A stretch of DNA of 64,000 bases. Source: an uncultured archaeon. Lineage in GTDB: Archaea > Thermoproteota > Bathyarchaeia > Bathyarchaeales > Bathycorpusculaceae. Within the stretch, counting starts at the first letter, position 1, and each line of letters begins with the position of its first letter. Positions 32,953 through 42,844 of this stretch are shown here, one piece after another. The notes under the pieces are model-generated. The model saw only the letters and a program-made list of their open reading frames with translations, had not been told where the DNA came from and searched no databases. Where the stretch lies: contig CAWENF010000002.1 in assembly GCA_963810275.1 (NCBI GenBank), positions 1 through 64,000 of the forward strand, in the 5' to 3' direction. Made by a program: the position numbers and the translations under genes.

Positions 32953-33789
32953 GTGGCTAAGCAGCAGCAACCCGTCCTACTACTTAAAGACAAAGGTGAA
33001 TTCACAAGATTCCAAATCCTTTTAGAAATAATGCGGCACCAACCCCACATTAAACAGAAAGACATCAGCGACAAAATAGGCATAACTATACAAGCCATAT
33101 CTAAATACTTCAAAAAACTCCAAAGAGAAGGTTACCTTGAAGCAGGCAGCGAACGCGCCGATTACCACCTCACCCCCAAAGCAGTAGTTAAACTCCGAGA
33201 AGATATGCGCAACTTAGAGGCATTTGTCAGCGAAATTAAACACGACTTAAAAGTGGAGCATGCTTGGCCAGCCATAGCCACCCAACCCGTCAAAGCCGGA
33301 GAGGAAGTGGGGTTAATGATGAAGGAAGGAATCATCTACACCGTTCCCACCAACAGCCCCATGACCCAGGCGCGTGGAGTTGCACTTTCCGACGCTCAAG
33401 AAGGCGAAGACCTCGGCTTAAAGGACCTACACGGCAAAATGCATGTTAAGCAGGGTAAGATTCTCATAGTTAAGTTGCCCAGCATTCGCAGAGGCGGCTC
33501 CCACAAAACCGACATGGATAAGGTGAAAGCCTTCTATGGTGAATTCAACCCTGACCGTATCGGCGTTATGGGAGCGGTTGGCAGGGCTGTATTGGCTAAG
33601 TTGGATAAAAAGGCAGACATAGAGTTCGGAATCAGTCGCTCCGCAGCCATCGCGGCTTCAAGAGGGTTGAACGTGTTTGTTTTGGTTGTAGGCAGGATGG
33701 TTAATCGTATGATTCAGGAAATTGACCAGATCAACATGAAAAGCGGTGGCAACGTCATTTACGAAGTAAAAGATGCTCAGTTAATCTAA
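32953..33789 (+). CDS. Winged-HTH transcriptional regulator (archaeal MarR-like)
   Basis: N-terminal HTH 'KQKDISDKIGITIQAISKYFKKL..EGY'; divergent from cbiMNQO. Confidence 0.85.
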   Translation: MAKQQQPVLLLKDKGEFTRFQILLEIMRHQPHIKQKDISDKIGITIQAISKYFKKLQREGYLEAGSERADYHLTPKAVVKLREDMRNLEAFVSEIKHDLKVEHAWPAIATQPVKAGEEVGLMMKEGIIYTVPTNSPMTQARGVALSDAQEGEDLGLKDLHGKMHVKQGKILIVKLPSIRRGGSHKTDMDKVKAFYGEFNPDRIGVMGAVGRAVLAKLDKKADIEFGISRSAAIAASRGLNVFVLVVGRMVNRMIQEIDQINMKSGGNVIYEVKDAQLI

Positions 33790-33846
33790 AAGGAAAAAAT
33801 TTTTAAAAAGAGGAGAAAGTTGGTTAGGTAACCAACTGTTGTTTTC

Positions 33847-34375
33847 TTAACTTACTGTGAAGTCAGAATCGGGGATTGTTTCATTGACTGCGACACAGTA
33901 AATAGTTATGGAGGTTGTGTCGGTTGTATATGTTAGGTCATTGGTGTTGCCTTGGTCAATAAGCCTCTGTGCGAAGTCATTAAATAGTGATCCATAGTTG
34001 GTCCAGTCTGCAGCGAAGTCACTTTCAGTCCATGTCATTCCGTTATCCATGCTTACCCAGGATTTTTCTTGCCCTGCATCAAGGATATAAGAATATGTTT
34101 GCGTCTGCAATGCAGAGGTCTACTCTAACTTTTTCAGTTGCAGTGTTATAGTTAACGCATTCGAAGGTGTAACCGACCAGGTCGCCTGTTGCAGTGGTAG
34201 TTTCGTTAACACTGAAGATTACACTGCTTGCTCCTGTTAGGCTAGGTGGGAGGGTTGGGGTTGGGTTAGTGTCGTCTGTGTCGCCACCGTTATTCATCAA
34301 CATAATGCCTGCTGCTGCACCGACAATTACTATAACCAGAACAGCAACAACTATGTAGATTATATTTTTGTTCAT
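33847..34375 (-). CDS. Membrane-anchored surface protein (frameshift ~34100)
   Basis: N-terminal TM and PTPT linker; two overlapping ORFs join into one acidic Thr-rich domain. Confidence 0.65.
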
Positions 34376-34619
34376 CGTATCACCAATTATGGTACCTGTT
34401 TTGGTTCTAAGTTAATATAAGCTTTTCCAAACGTGATGTGTCAAGACAAAAAAAATAAAATATTTAGATTCTGAACAAAAGACAGGGATGGGAACTTTAG
34501 AAAGATCATAGAAACAGCAAAAAATCACTTCCAGTCACCTCTCCCCTGTTCCAACAATACCTTTCAGCAGTTTGTTTTAAATATTGCCGGCAACACATGC
34601 ATTGAAAGCTGTGAAAACC

Positions 34620-35687
34620 ATGTCAGAAGACATCGATGTCCAACCAGAAGAACCCCAAGAGGAACCTGTAGAAGAAAAAAGCGAACAAATGAAGCAAATG
34701 GAAGAAAACAGAAAAAAATACGAGTTCATAGAAGACCTCCCAGGAGTCGGTCCAGCAACAGCGGGAAAACTTCGGGAACTCGGCTATCACACCGTCGAAT
34801 CAGTAGCGATGGCTACCAGCCGCGAACTAGAACCCGTCGGTGTAAGCGAAAAGAAAGCGTTCCAAATAATTGAAGCCGCACGCTCATCCGTAGGCATCGC
34901 ATTCATCCGGGCAGACGAACTGTTCAAAATGCGCAAAACCGTCAAAAGATTAACCACCGGCAGTAAGGTGCTGGACAAAATGCTTGACGGCGGCTTAGAA
35001 ACACAAACGATAGCAGAATTCTACGGCGAATTCGGCAGCGGTAAAAGCCAAATCTGCCATCAACTCTGTGTAAACGTTCAGCTCCCCCACGAACGAGGCG
35101 GCTTAAACGGCGGTGTACTCTACGTGGACACAGAAAACACCTTCCGACTTGAACGCATCGTTCAGATGGCTAAATTCGTCGGCTTAGACCCAGAACAGGT
35201 AGTCAAAAACATTATTTATGCAGAAGCCTACACAAGTGATCATCAAATGTTTCTGCTGGAAAACGCTGATGAAATCATAAAAGCAAACAACATCAAACTC
35301 ATCATCATTGACTCACTCACAGCGCACTTTAGAAGCGAATATATAGGCAGAGAAATGCTTGCCAGTCGCCAGCAGAGACTCAACAAACACATGCACAAAC
35401 TTACCGCTCTCGCAAGAGCATTTAACGCCGTGGCAGTTGTAACCAACCAGGTTATGTCTAAGCCTGACCAGTTCTTCGGAGACGCCACCCACCCCATCGG
35501 CGGCAACATCGTAGGACATACAAGCCACACCAGAATGTATCTGCGTCGCGCTTCGCATGGTCCAATCCGCATCGTAAGACTGGTTTCAAGCGCGTATTTG
35601 CCTGAGGGAGAGGAAATCCTTAAAGTCACCGAAAACGGAATAGAAGATGTCTCTGAAGAAGAGAAAGCAACCAAACGTGGACGCTAA
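34620..35687 (+). CDS. radA: DNA repair and recombination protein RadA
   Basis: EDLPGVGP HhH, GEFGSGKSQ, DTENTFR, IIDSLTAHFRSEY, GGNIVGH. Confidence 0.98.
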   Translation: MSEDIDVQPEEPQEEPVEEKSEQMKQMEENRKKYEFIEDLPGVGPATAGKLRELGYHTVESVAMATSRELEPVGVSEKKAFQIIEAARSSVGIAFIRADELFKMRKTVKRLTTGSKVLDKMLDGGLETQTIAEFYGEFGSGKSQICHQLCVNVQLPHERGGLNGGVLYVDTENTFRLERIVQMAKFVGLDPEQVVKNIIYAEAYTSDHQMFLLENADEIIKANNIKLIIIDSLTAHFRSEYIGREMLASRQQRLNKHMHKLTALARAFNAVAVVTNQVMSKPDQFFGDATHPIGGNIVGHTSHTRMYLRRASHGPIRIVRLVSSAYLPEGEEILKVTENGIEDVSEEEKATKRGR

Positions 35688-35689
35688 AA

Positions 35690-36142
35690 ATGCCTATAGC
35701 TCAAGCCCTCGTAACTCGGTACTTCCAACTCATCGTCGGCAGACAATTCGCCGAAGCCGAACGCGAGTTGGAGCGCGTTAAACAGAAAATGCAGAAAACT
35801 GAGTGGAACCGCGGATATTTCCGCGCCCTTTTTGGCATGTACCTTTCCCGGAAAAGCAATTCTGATATCTACGCGTTTTTCTCCAAATTGGATTTAACTG
35901 ACAAGGTTGCACTTAACATCTACCGAAAAGAGTTCCTAACCCATATGGGTAACGGATTACACGGGGACTTTGACCGCGGTTACTTCTCAGCTTGGGCGGA
36001 CTGCATGCGCATCGTTTCACGTATGGATATTCCCTCGCCAAGTGGCAAAGCATCTGCAGAAGAAAAAATTGAGACAACCCGCAGTGACAAAAGCCAAGCG
36101 ACTATTGCTAATTTTTTAAAAGAAGGCGAAGCTAAAAAATAG
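35690..36142 (+). CDS. Hypothetical protein co-transcribed with radA
   Basis: 2-nt gap after radA; internal repeat 'WNRGYF.AL' / 'FDRGYF.AW'. Confidence 0.75.
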   Translation: MPIAQALVTRYFQLIVGRQFAEAERELERVKQKMQKTEWNRGYFRALFGMYLSRKSNSDIYAFFSKLDLTDKVALNIYRKEFLTHMGNGLHGDFDRGYFSAWADCMRIVSRMDIPSPSGKASAEEKIETTRSDKSQATIANFLKEGEAKK

Positions 36143-36632
36143 CAATTTTAGGATTTGCGGAGTTATCTTTCGCTGCTTGAAGTAGTCGAGAAAACAGTGC
36201 ATCAGCCAATTTAGATGGAATAATCTCGTGGATATCCTCTGTTAAGAGGAAATTGCGTTCAGCGGCTTCTAAGAGGAGTTTTTCTCTGCAAGCGTTGAGA
36301 TGGCGGCATTTGGTGCAGTTTCCGTAATGTTTGAACCAGATTTGGATGCCGTTTTTAGCGGTGAAGGTGACAAATGCTTCTGTTTTGAAGTGGCTACTGT
36401 AACCTGAGAGGAAGCCTTTTTGGACGTCAATCGTTAGGATTTCTATTTTATTGAGTTCTGCGGCTTCTTTTAGTGAGTCTTCGACTCGTGTGTTTGCTAT
36501 GTCGATTATTTTGTGGACGGTTTGTCTGGTTATGTCGAGTTGGCGTGCTATGTGAGCTTCTCGTATGCCTCTGTGTTTTAGTCCCCAGATTAGGCGTTGT
36601 TTGGTTGTTAGGTAACCTGTGCTAAGTGTCAA
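36132..36632 (-). CDS. HTH transcriptional regulator with CxxC-x4-C metal site
   Basis: 'REAHIARQLDITRQTVHK' HTH; 'HYGNCTKCRHLNAC'. Confidence 0.8.
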   Translation of the reverse strand: MTLSTGYLTTKQRLIWGLKHRGIREAHIARQLDITRQTVHKIIDIANTRVEDSLKEAAELNKIEILTIDVQKGFLSGYSSHFKTEAFVTFTAKNGIQIWFKHYGNCTKCRHLNACREKLLLEAAERNFLLTEDIHEIIPSKLADALFSRLLQAAKDNSANPKIAIF

Positions 36633-36645
36633 ACGAAAATACTCC

Positions 36646-36665
36646 GTAAGTATATTTTGACTTAC
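36646..36665. promoter_or_regulatory. Inverted repeat GTAAGT-N8-ACTTAC, possible autoregulatory operator
   Basis: Lies between a CTTAAA box and the start of the HTH gene. Confidence 0.4.
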
Positions 36666-36757
36666 CGTTTAAGGGTGAGTTGCTATGTTTTATAAGTTTA
36701 ACTCAAATAAAGGAATAAACGAAAAATTCTACAAACAGAAAGAGAAAAACATGCATT

Positions 36758-37054
36758 TTATGCAAGTAAAACCTCAATCGCAGTGAAGGACAGGACAAAA
36801 AAGGCTATCCAACTAAAAAAGTACATGCCTATGCCTGTACTCAGTATTTTGGATTGCTTCTCAATCTTGTCCTTGTAGGAGACTTTGAGGATATAGTAGG
36901 TTATGAAGTAAATTAGCAAAGCCACTGTTATACTGTTAACTAAAGTGGTTATGTCTGTGAGTATGTAGAAATACGCGGCTATAACGGCGGTGATTACGCC
37001 TGCAACGATGCCCAACAGGACACGTATCCAGTACAGCTGAGTGATAGGAGTCAT
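36758..37054 (-). CDS. EMC6/Rab5ip-like three-TM membrane protein
   Basis: 98 aa; 'YWIRVLLGIVAGV' TM1 and 'GIGMYFFSWI..F' TM3 fit the EMC6 pattern. Confidence 0.6.
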   Translation of the reverse strand: MTPITQLYWIRVLLGIVAGVITAVIAAYFYILTDITTLVNSITVALLIYFITYYILKVSYKDKIEKQSKILSTGIGMYFFSWIAFFVLSFTAIEVLLA

Positions 37055-37168
37055 CTATATCGATCCTTGGCTTTGTAATATTTTGTTCCTACTTAAAAAA
37101 GATGCCCAAGTATTAACGGTTTCTACGGACAATAACAGTCAGCCTGGAGGGTGTTTTTTGGGTTTTGA

Positions 37169-39287
37169 GTGCAAACGGTTATTTTACAGCTATCAGATGA
37201 TATAGAGGCAAAGGACCAGTGTGACAGTTTGGTTAAAAAAGAGTTCAGTAGCTTCGACATCGCCGCTGCAACCCGAGAGTTGCAGCCCACAGTAGCAAAC
37301 AGCAGAGTGAATAACATCTATCAATTCGGCGAAAAAACATTCATATTCAAACTACACAAAACCGACTCGCCCATGCTGCGCCTCGTCATTGAAGCTGGGC
37401 GCAGACTACACGGCACCTCCTACACAGAGGAAAGCCCTTCTGAGCCGCCGCCGTTTTGCATGACGCTACGCAGATACTTACGCGACTCATGGCTACGATC
37501 CGTCGAGCAGGTGGAGTTTGAACGCATTGTTACAATCACGTTTGAAACCAAAACTGGGTTGCTTAAGCTATTGGTGGAGCTGTTTGGCGAAGGCAACCTT
37601 ATCTTGACCAACGAGCAGGGCATAATCATTCAGGCGTTGGCATTTAAGAAGATGAGGGACCGCGATGTAGTGCGAGGCGTTGAGCTGGTTTATCCGCCGG
37701 CAAGCGGCAGAAACCCTTTCAGAGTCACCGAGGGTGAACTCCAAGATATTATCAAAGCCGGTGGCGACTCGGAGGTTGTTAGAGTTTTGGCAAGAGGACT
37801 TGGTTTTGGAGGCACCTACGCCGAAGAAACCCTGCTCCGTGCGGGTATGGAGAAGAGAAGACCATGCAAAAACATATCAGAAGATGATGTTCATTCAGTT
37901 TTTTGTGCTTTGCAAACGGTTTTGGCGCCTGTTTTGGAGGGCAAATTTGAACCCGAAATAGTACTAGATGAAGAAGGGGGCTACCAAGATGTTGTGCCTT
38001 TTAAGTTAAAACGCTATGCAAACGCCCAAACCAAGAGCTTTGAGACGTTTAACGCTGCTCTCGACGAATTTTTCCTCCACGTAACCGCAGTGGAGAAAGC
38101 CGCGGGCAGCATTGAAGTTACCAGACTTAAAAATGAAGCAAAACGGCTAAAACGCATAATAGACGAACAGCAAAAATCCATTGAGGAAGACGAGCAACGT
38201 ATTGTTCGGGACAAGCAAATCGGCGACACGATATATGCCCACTTCCAAGAACTCCGAACTTTCCAGGAGCAGCTACTAAAAGCCAACCAGCAGGGCTACG
38301 AGTGGAGTGCCATAATAGGGCAGGTTATGGCCGCGAAAAAGTTGGGGAAACCGCCGATGGCGTATGTAGAGGGGTTTGATGGTAAAAATCTCGCTTTAAA
38401 CTTAGCCATGGATGGCTTTCATTTCAGTTTGGCGCTTAGGATGTCGCTGTTTGACAATGCCAACGAGTATTATGAGAAGGGAAAGAGTGCTAAAGAAAAA
38501 GCACAGGGAGCTTTAGTAGCGCTCAACGATTCAAAGAAAAAGATAGCCAAAATTGAGCGTGAGTTGTCGGAAGCAGAGGAGCTTAAAAGCCTCAAACCCG
38601 CCCAAATTGTAGAGGCACTGGCAAAACGCAAAGAGGAGATGGCGAATAAGCAGTGGTTCGAGAAGTTTCGTTGGTTCACTACCTCCGACGACTTCCTTGT
38701 TGTGGCAGGCAAGGATACTGTAAGCAACGAGGTATTAATCAAAAAGTACACAAAACAAGAGGACATTGTATTCCACGCTGAAATCACTGGCTCGCCGTTT
38801 GTCGTCATAAAAACCGAAGGCAAAGAACCCAATGAGCAGACCCTAAAAGAGGCGGCGGAGGCAGCGGCTTCGTACTCGCGTGCTTGGCGAGAAAATGCTG
38901 GCACAGCCGACGTCTACTGGGTACGGGTAGACCAACTAAGCAAAAGCGGTCCAAGTGGCGAATCCGTCCCGCACGGAGCATTTTTTGTGGTTGGCAAACG
39001 CAACTGGTACAGGAACACACCCTTGACGCATAGCTGTGGGGATAACTTTGGACGAGGAATCAGTATTTGTCGGGGGACCCATTGATTCTGTTAAGGCGAA
39101 AACCAAGAATTACGTGGTTGTTCAGCCTGGCTGCTACCAGGGCAAAGAGTTATTGCAGCTTGTTTTGCGGGCGTTAACGGTGAAGTTTTCAAAAGAACAG
39201 CGTGAGAAAATAGGTAAAACCAGTATTGAGCAGGTGCGTGAGTTTATTCCATACACTAAGGGCGCCGTAAACGTGAAAGCTACTTAG
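37169..39287 (+). CDS. rqcH: Ribosome rescue factor RqcH / NFACT protein (frameshift ~39030)
   Basis: SSFDI, FCMTLRRYL, FERIV, ELFGEGNLIL, WFEKFRWF, AGKD..SNE, FHAEI.GSP, SGE..PHGAF. Start may be ~37220. Confidence 0.93.
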
Positions 39288-39437
39288 CACCGCTTTGCCT
39301 GGGTTTCACAATTAAGAAGTATCCTTATTCTTCAACTCTCTTAGTAGACCTTTTCTGATGCTCTCCCAGTAGACCTTCCCTTATAAAGGCGAATTCCAGT
39401 TTTTTCTTCACTATAATGGGCAGGGTTTGGTGTGTTA

Positions 39438-39941
39438 TTAAATTTTGCCAAACCGCTCTGTTAGCTCGGCGATTTGCCCCCTAAACCTTTCCCGCATTTT
39501 AGTAAACCGCATCGCAGCCGACGGATGAACAACCTCAAAGTATTCTACACCCGCGACTCTTGGCGTATCCTTTGCTGAAGCACCCAGCAGCACCACAATT
39601 TTGGGTTTGATGATGCCAATCTGCTCAGTAAGGTACGGCAGGCACGCCTCAACCTCGTCAGGGTAAGGTTTGCGGTTCTGCGGCGACGTATGCTTAACAA
39701 TGTTTGTAATATAGACATCTTCACGCTTTATGCCAAACTCGGCAAGCGTTTTTGTTAAGAACTTGCCTGCTCTACCAACAAACGGCCTGCCAGTTTGGTC
39801 TTCTTCGGAACCGGGGTTTTGCCCCACAAACATCACCGCCGCGTCCATTGGACCTTCGCCGACTACACCGTTCTTGGCGGTTTCCCAAAGCCGACATTTT
39901 CGGCAGTTTTGCACCTGACGTTTGATTTCTTCCATGCTCAA
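39438..39941 (-). CDS. udg: Uracil-DNA glycosylase family 4
   Basis: CRKCRL, VGQNPG, GRPFVGRAG, TNIVK, HPSA. Confidence 0.92.
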   Translation of the reverse strand: MSMEEIKRQVQNCRKCRLWETAKNGVVGEGPMDAAVMFVGQNPGSEEDQTGRPFVGRAGKFLTKTLAEFGIKREDVYITNIVKHTSPQNRKPYPDEVEACLPYLTEQIGIIKPKIVVLLGASAKDTPRVAGVEYFEVVHPSAAMRFTKMRERFRGQIAELTERFGKI

Positions 39942-40044
39942 AGTCTTCGCCTTGTTGTAACGAGTATACAGTCACACAACATTAAAACCCCTCCGAAAGA
40001 TTATAGATACCTGTTTCTTGTCTGCCAATTTTTTTGGGGTTTTT

Positions 40045-40344
40045 ATGGCTAAAGAATCTATTTCTGGATCGCTGCTAAGTAGCGCTACACGTGTGCTGAT
40101 GCGGATTGCCTTTCGCTTCGAGCCGCTGGCGCCCACAGCCATAACATTATACTTAAACCAACAGCTGAGCCGCTGCAGAGAAGAAGGCGCCATCTGCGAC
40201 TACAAAACCCATACCAGACGCCTCGGCAAATACCACTACCGCATCGAAGTGGACCTTGCCCTTAACGGCGGACAAGCAAAGTACCTGATGCAAAACGTTT
40301 TTCCGAAACAGATAGACGGTTTGAGGAGGTGGTTTTATGGCTGA
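40045..40344 (+). CDS. Hypothetical protein
   Basis: ORF MAKESISG...; overlaps the next microprotein gene. Confidence 0.65.
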   Translation: MAKESISGSLLSSATRVLMRIAFRFEPLAPTAITLYLNQQLSRCREEGAICDYKTHTRRLGKYHYRIEVDLALNGGQAKYLMQNVFPKQIDGLRRWFYG

Positions 40345-40486
40345 AATGGCTGATAAAAAAGGAAAGCTAAAGCTCACCTTGGAAGTGGAAGTCAACGAGG
40401 AGCTTATGGATTTGGCAAAAGAAGCCATGTCAAAAGCTTCCAGCAAACTTCCAGAGATGATACGTCACAGCGGCGAAAACAAGTAG
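40337..40486 (+). CDS. 49-aa microprotein (paralogue of 14779..14931)
   Basis: GGAGGTG RBS; MAEMADKKGKLKLTLEVEVNEELMDLAKEAMSKASSKLPEMIRHSGENK. Confidence 0.75.
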   Translation: MAEMADKKGKLKLTLEVEVNEELMDLAKEAMSKASSKLPEMIRHSGENK

Positions 40487-40790
40487 CAATAGGCGTTGCA
40501 GACTTTAACGTGAACATTGGCGACTAAATCGTCATAGACACGTTCAACTTCCGCTTCTTTACTGGCATATTCTTCTACGGTGCACCAATTTATTTGGCGT
40601 TTGTGAACCAGAAGAATTGTTTGCTCAGTAGGAGCATTCAATCACTGACGCGGATTTACCCCTTTGTTTCTTGTTTTCTACTGCACTGTTTTGTATATTC
40701 AATGTTCTTGGTATATTGAATAGCAAGCAATAGATAACTTGACAAAAGAAAGACTTTAAACTCCCACAACTAACATGTAAAGTGATAATT

Positions 40791-41096
40791 ATGAAGTTCT
40801 TAATAATCCAAAAAGTCAAACGTGAAGTGCCCCTTGAACGTTGGGCTAAACTTCTGCCTCTGCAGTTTAAATATTTTGAGCGGCTTGAAAAAGAAAAAAT
40901 TATCGAAGTAAGCTACCACCTTATCGGGCAACAAGGCAGTATGCTAATCATAAACGCAGATTCGGACGAGAAACTCAGCAAAATCGTCGGTCAAGACCCC
41001 CTCTTCTTCGAGTTAGAACGTCAAATCTACCCGTTGACTACCCGGGAAACCCACTACAAACAAATCCTCGAAATACTCAAAGGCGCGGCACAGTAG
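40791..41096 (+). CDS. Muconolactone-isomerase-like / dimeric alpha-beta barrel protein
   Basis: MKFL...YHLIGQQGSMLIINADSDEKL....DPLF pattern. Confidence 0.55.
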   Translation: MKFLIIQKVKREVPLERWAKLLPLQFKYFERLEKEKIIEVSYHLIGQQGSMLIINADSDEKLSKIVGQDPLFFELERQIYPLTTRETHYKQILEILKGAAQ

Positions 41097-41097
41097 A

Positions 41098-41655
41098 ATG
41101 GCATGCCACGGCGGATTTAGCTTAGACGAAGAGCGACGGCGCAGCTGGTACAACCCCGAAACAGTTCTATCAGAACTCAAAGAGGGTATGACCTTCGTTG
41201 ACGTAGGTAGCGGAGAAGGCTACTTCAGCCTGCTGGCAGCAAAAAAAGTCGGCGCAACCGGAAAAGTCTACGCCGTTGACGTTGATGCATCTGGAGTTGA
41301 GAAACTAAATCGAAAGGCGGAAGAAGAAAAACTAAAAAACATCGTCGCAGCAATCGGGCGGGCGGAGGACACAGTTTTCTGTCAGGGCTGTGTAGACATG
41401 GTGTTATACAGCATGGACCTACATGACTTTGAAGAACCTGCTAAAGTGTTAGGAAACGCACATGAGATGCTAAAACCCTCGGGTATACTGGTGGATTTGG
41501 ATTGGAAAAAGATGCAAATGGACTTCGGTCCGCCTGAACGCATACGGTTTAGCGAAGAAAAAGTCTCTCAACTCTTAGCCGAGGCAGGCTTTAAAGTTGA
41601 ATCCAAAAAGGAAGCTGGACCCTACCACTACATCGTCATAGCGAAACCCATCTAG
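41098..41655 (+). CDS. Class I SAM-dependent methyltransferase
   Basis: VDVGSGEGYF, VYAVDVD, LKPSG, GPP. Confidence 0.9.
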   Translation: MACHGGFSLDEERRRSWYNPETVLSELKEGMTFVDVGSGEGYFSLLAAKKVGATGKVYAVDVDASGVEKLNRKAEEEKLKNIVAAIGRAEDTVFCQGCVDMVLYSMDLHDFEEPAKVLGNAHEMLKPSGILVDLDWKKMQMDFGPPERIRFSEEKVSQLLAEAGFKVESKKEAGPYHYIVIAKPI

Positions 41656-42285
41656 GTTGTTGCATGCGCATAAAGTTCAAGCAAGTCACGTTGGAACCGC
41701 TTCGGGTCGTCTTTGTAGGCGGAGTGTGCGGCGCCTGCGTACACCAGCATTTTTGCGTTTGGCAATTGATCGGATAGCGAGCGCATTTCTTCGCCTGAGA
41801 TGATGGTATCCATATTGCCCCATACCACACGGACTGGGAAATGGAAATGTTTGTATGAGGAGACTAAATCGTCGTTTGAAAGCGTGAGCGGGGGATATTA
41901 GAAGTAAGGCTTTGACTGGATGAATTTTGGAGTATTGGAGGGCTATGTAGCCGCCTATGCTTGCACCGACCACCAGTGGCGGTTGGTCGCCGAAGACGGA
42001 CCGGTAAGCTTCCATAGCGTAGTTCACGTTGGCTTTGGAGTCTCGGTTCTTTGGGTGACAGTTACTTTTCAAACCATAGGGCATGTCCAAAGCCAGAAAG
42101 GGCACCTTTTTCTCTTCTAAGATTTCGGTTGCACCGATGCGTTGCCAAACGCCAATGGTGTAGGATAAGCCATGTAGAAACAGTACAGGGGAACCTTTTG
42201 CTTGGTACAATAGGGCTTGACCTTTGAAGCCGCCGAACTTTAGGGTTTTCTCTTCCACCAAACTCACCAGCCACACATACAACAT
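41636..42285 (-). CDS. Alpha/beta hydrolase (frameshift ~41850)
   Basis: FLHGL, DMPYG and GASIGG nucleophile elbow. The C-terminal 'GAAHSAYKDDP' is in another frame. Ends are approximate. Confidence 0.8.
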
Positions 42286-42360
42286 AGCCGCTTATAACAA
42301 TTAAGAAACGTGGGAAAGACATAATAGCAAAACGCAGCCATAGTTTGATGGTGACTTTTT

Positions 42361-42835
42361 TTGACTGTTAAGGTTGGCGACAAAGCCCCAGACTTTACGT
42401 TACCCTCACAGATGGGCGACGACGTAACACTAAGCGAGTATATAGGAAAAAAGAACATCGTACTCTACTTCTACCCCAAAGACGAAACGCCCGGCTGCGT
42501 AAAAGAAGCCTGCACCTTCCGCGATGCCTACCAGCAACTTAACAGACTTAGGCGCCGAAGTGCTGGGCATAAGCGGACAAAGCGTGGAGTCCCATGTGGC
42601 GTTTGCATCGCATTATGGGCTGCCGTTTATTTTGCTTGCAGACGTGGATAACAGGGTACGGGAACTCTACGATGTCCCAAAGAGCATGGGGTTGATGCCG
42701 GGACGAGTCACTTACATAATCGATAAGAAGGGTGTTGTTCAGCACATTTTCAATTCACAGACTCACGCGGAGCGACACGCTGAGGAAGCCAAGCAGGCAC
42801 TGGAGGCAATCCAGAAAGAAGAAGTGAAACAATAG
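42361..42835 (+). CDS. bcp: Peroxiredoxin Bcp/PrxQ (frameshift ~42541)
   Basis: GDKAPDF, YFYPKDETPGCVKEAC.FRD, GRVTYIIDK. Confidence 0.93.
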
Positions 42836-42844
42836 GGCTCTGGG

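Noticed and set aside
39336-39380. Short direct repeat CTCTC..AGTAGACCTT x2
   Set aside because: Only two copies with a ~10-nt spacer; not CRISPR-like and no function is evident.
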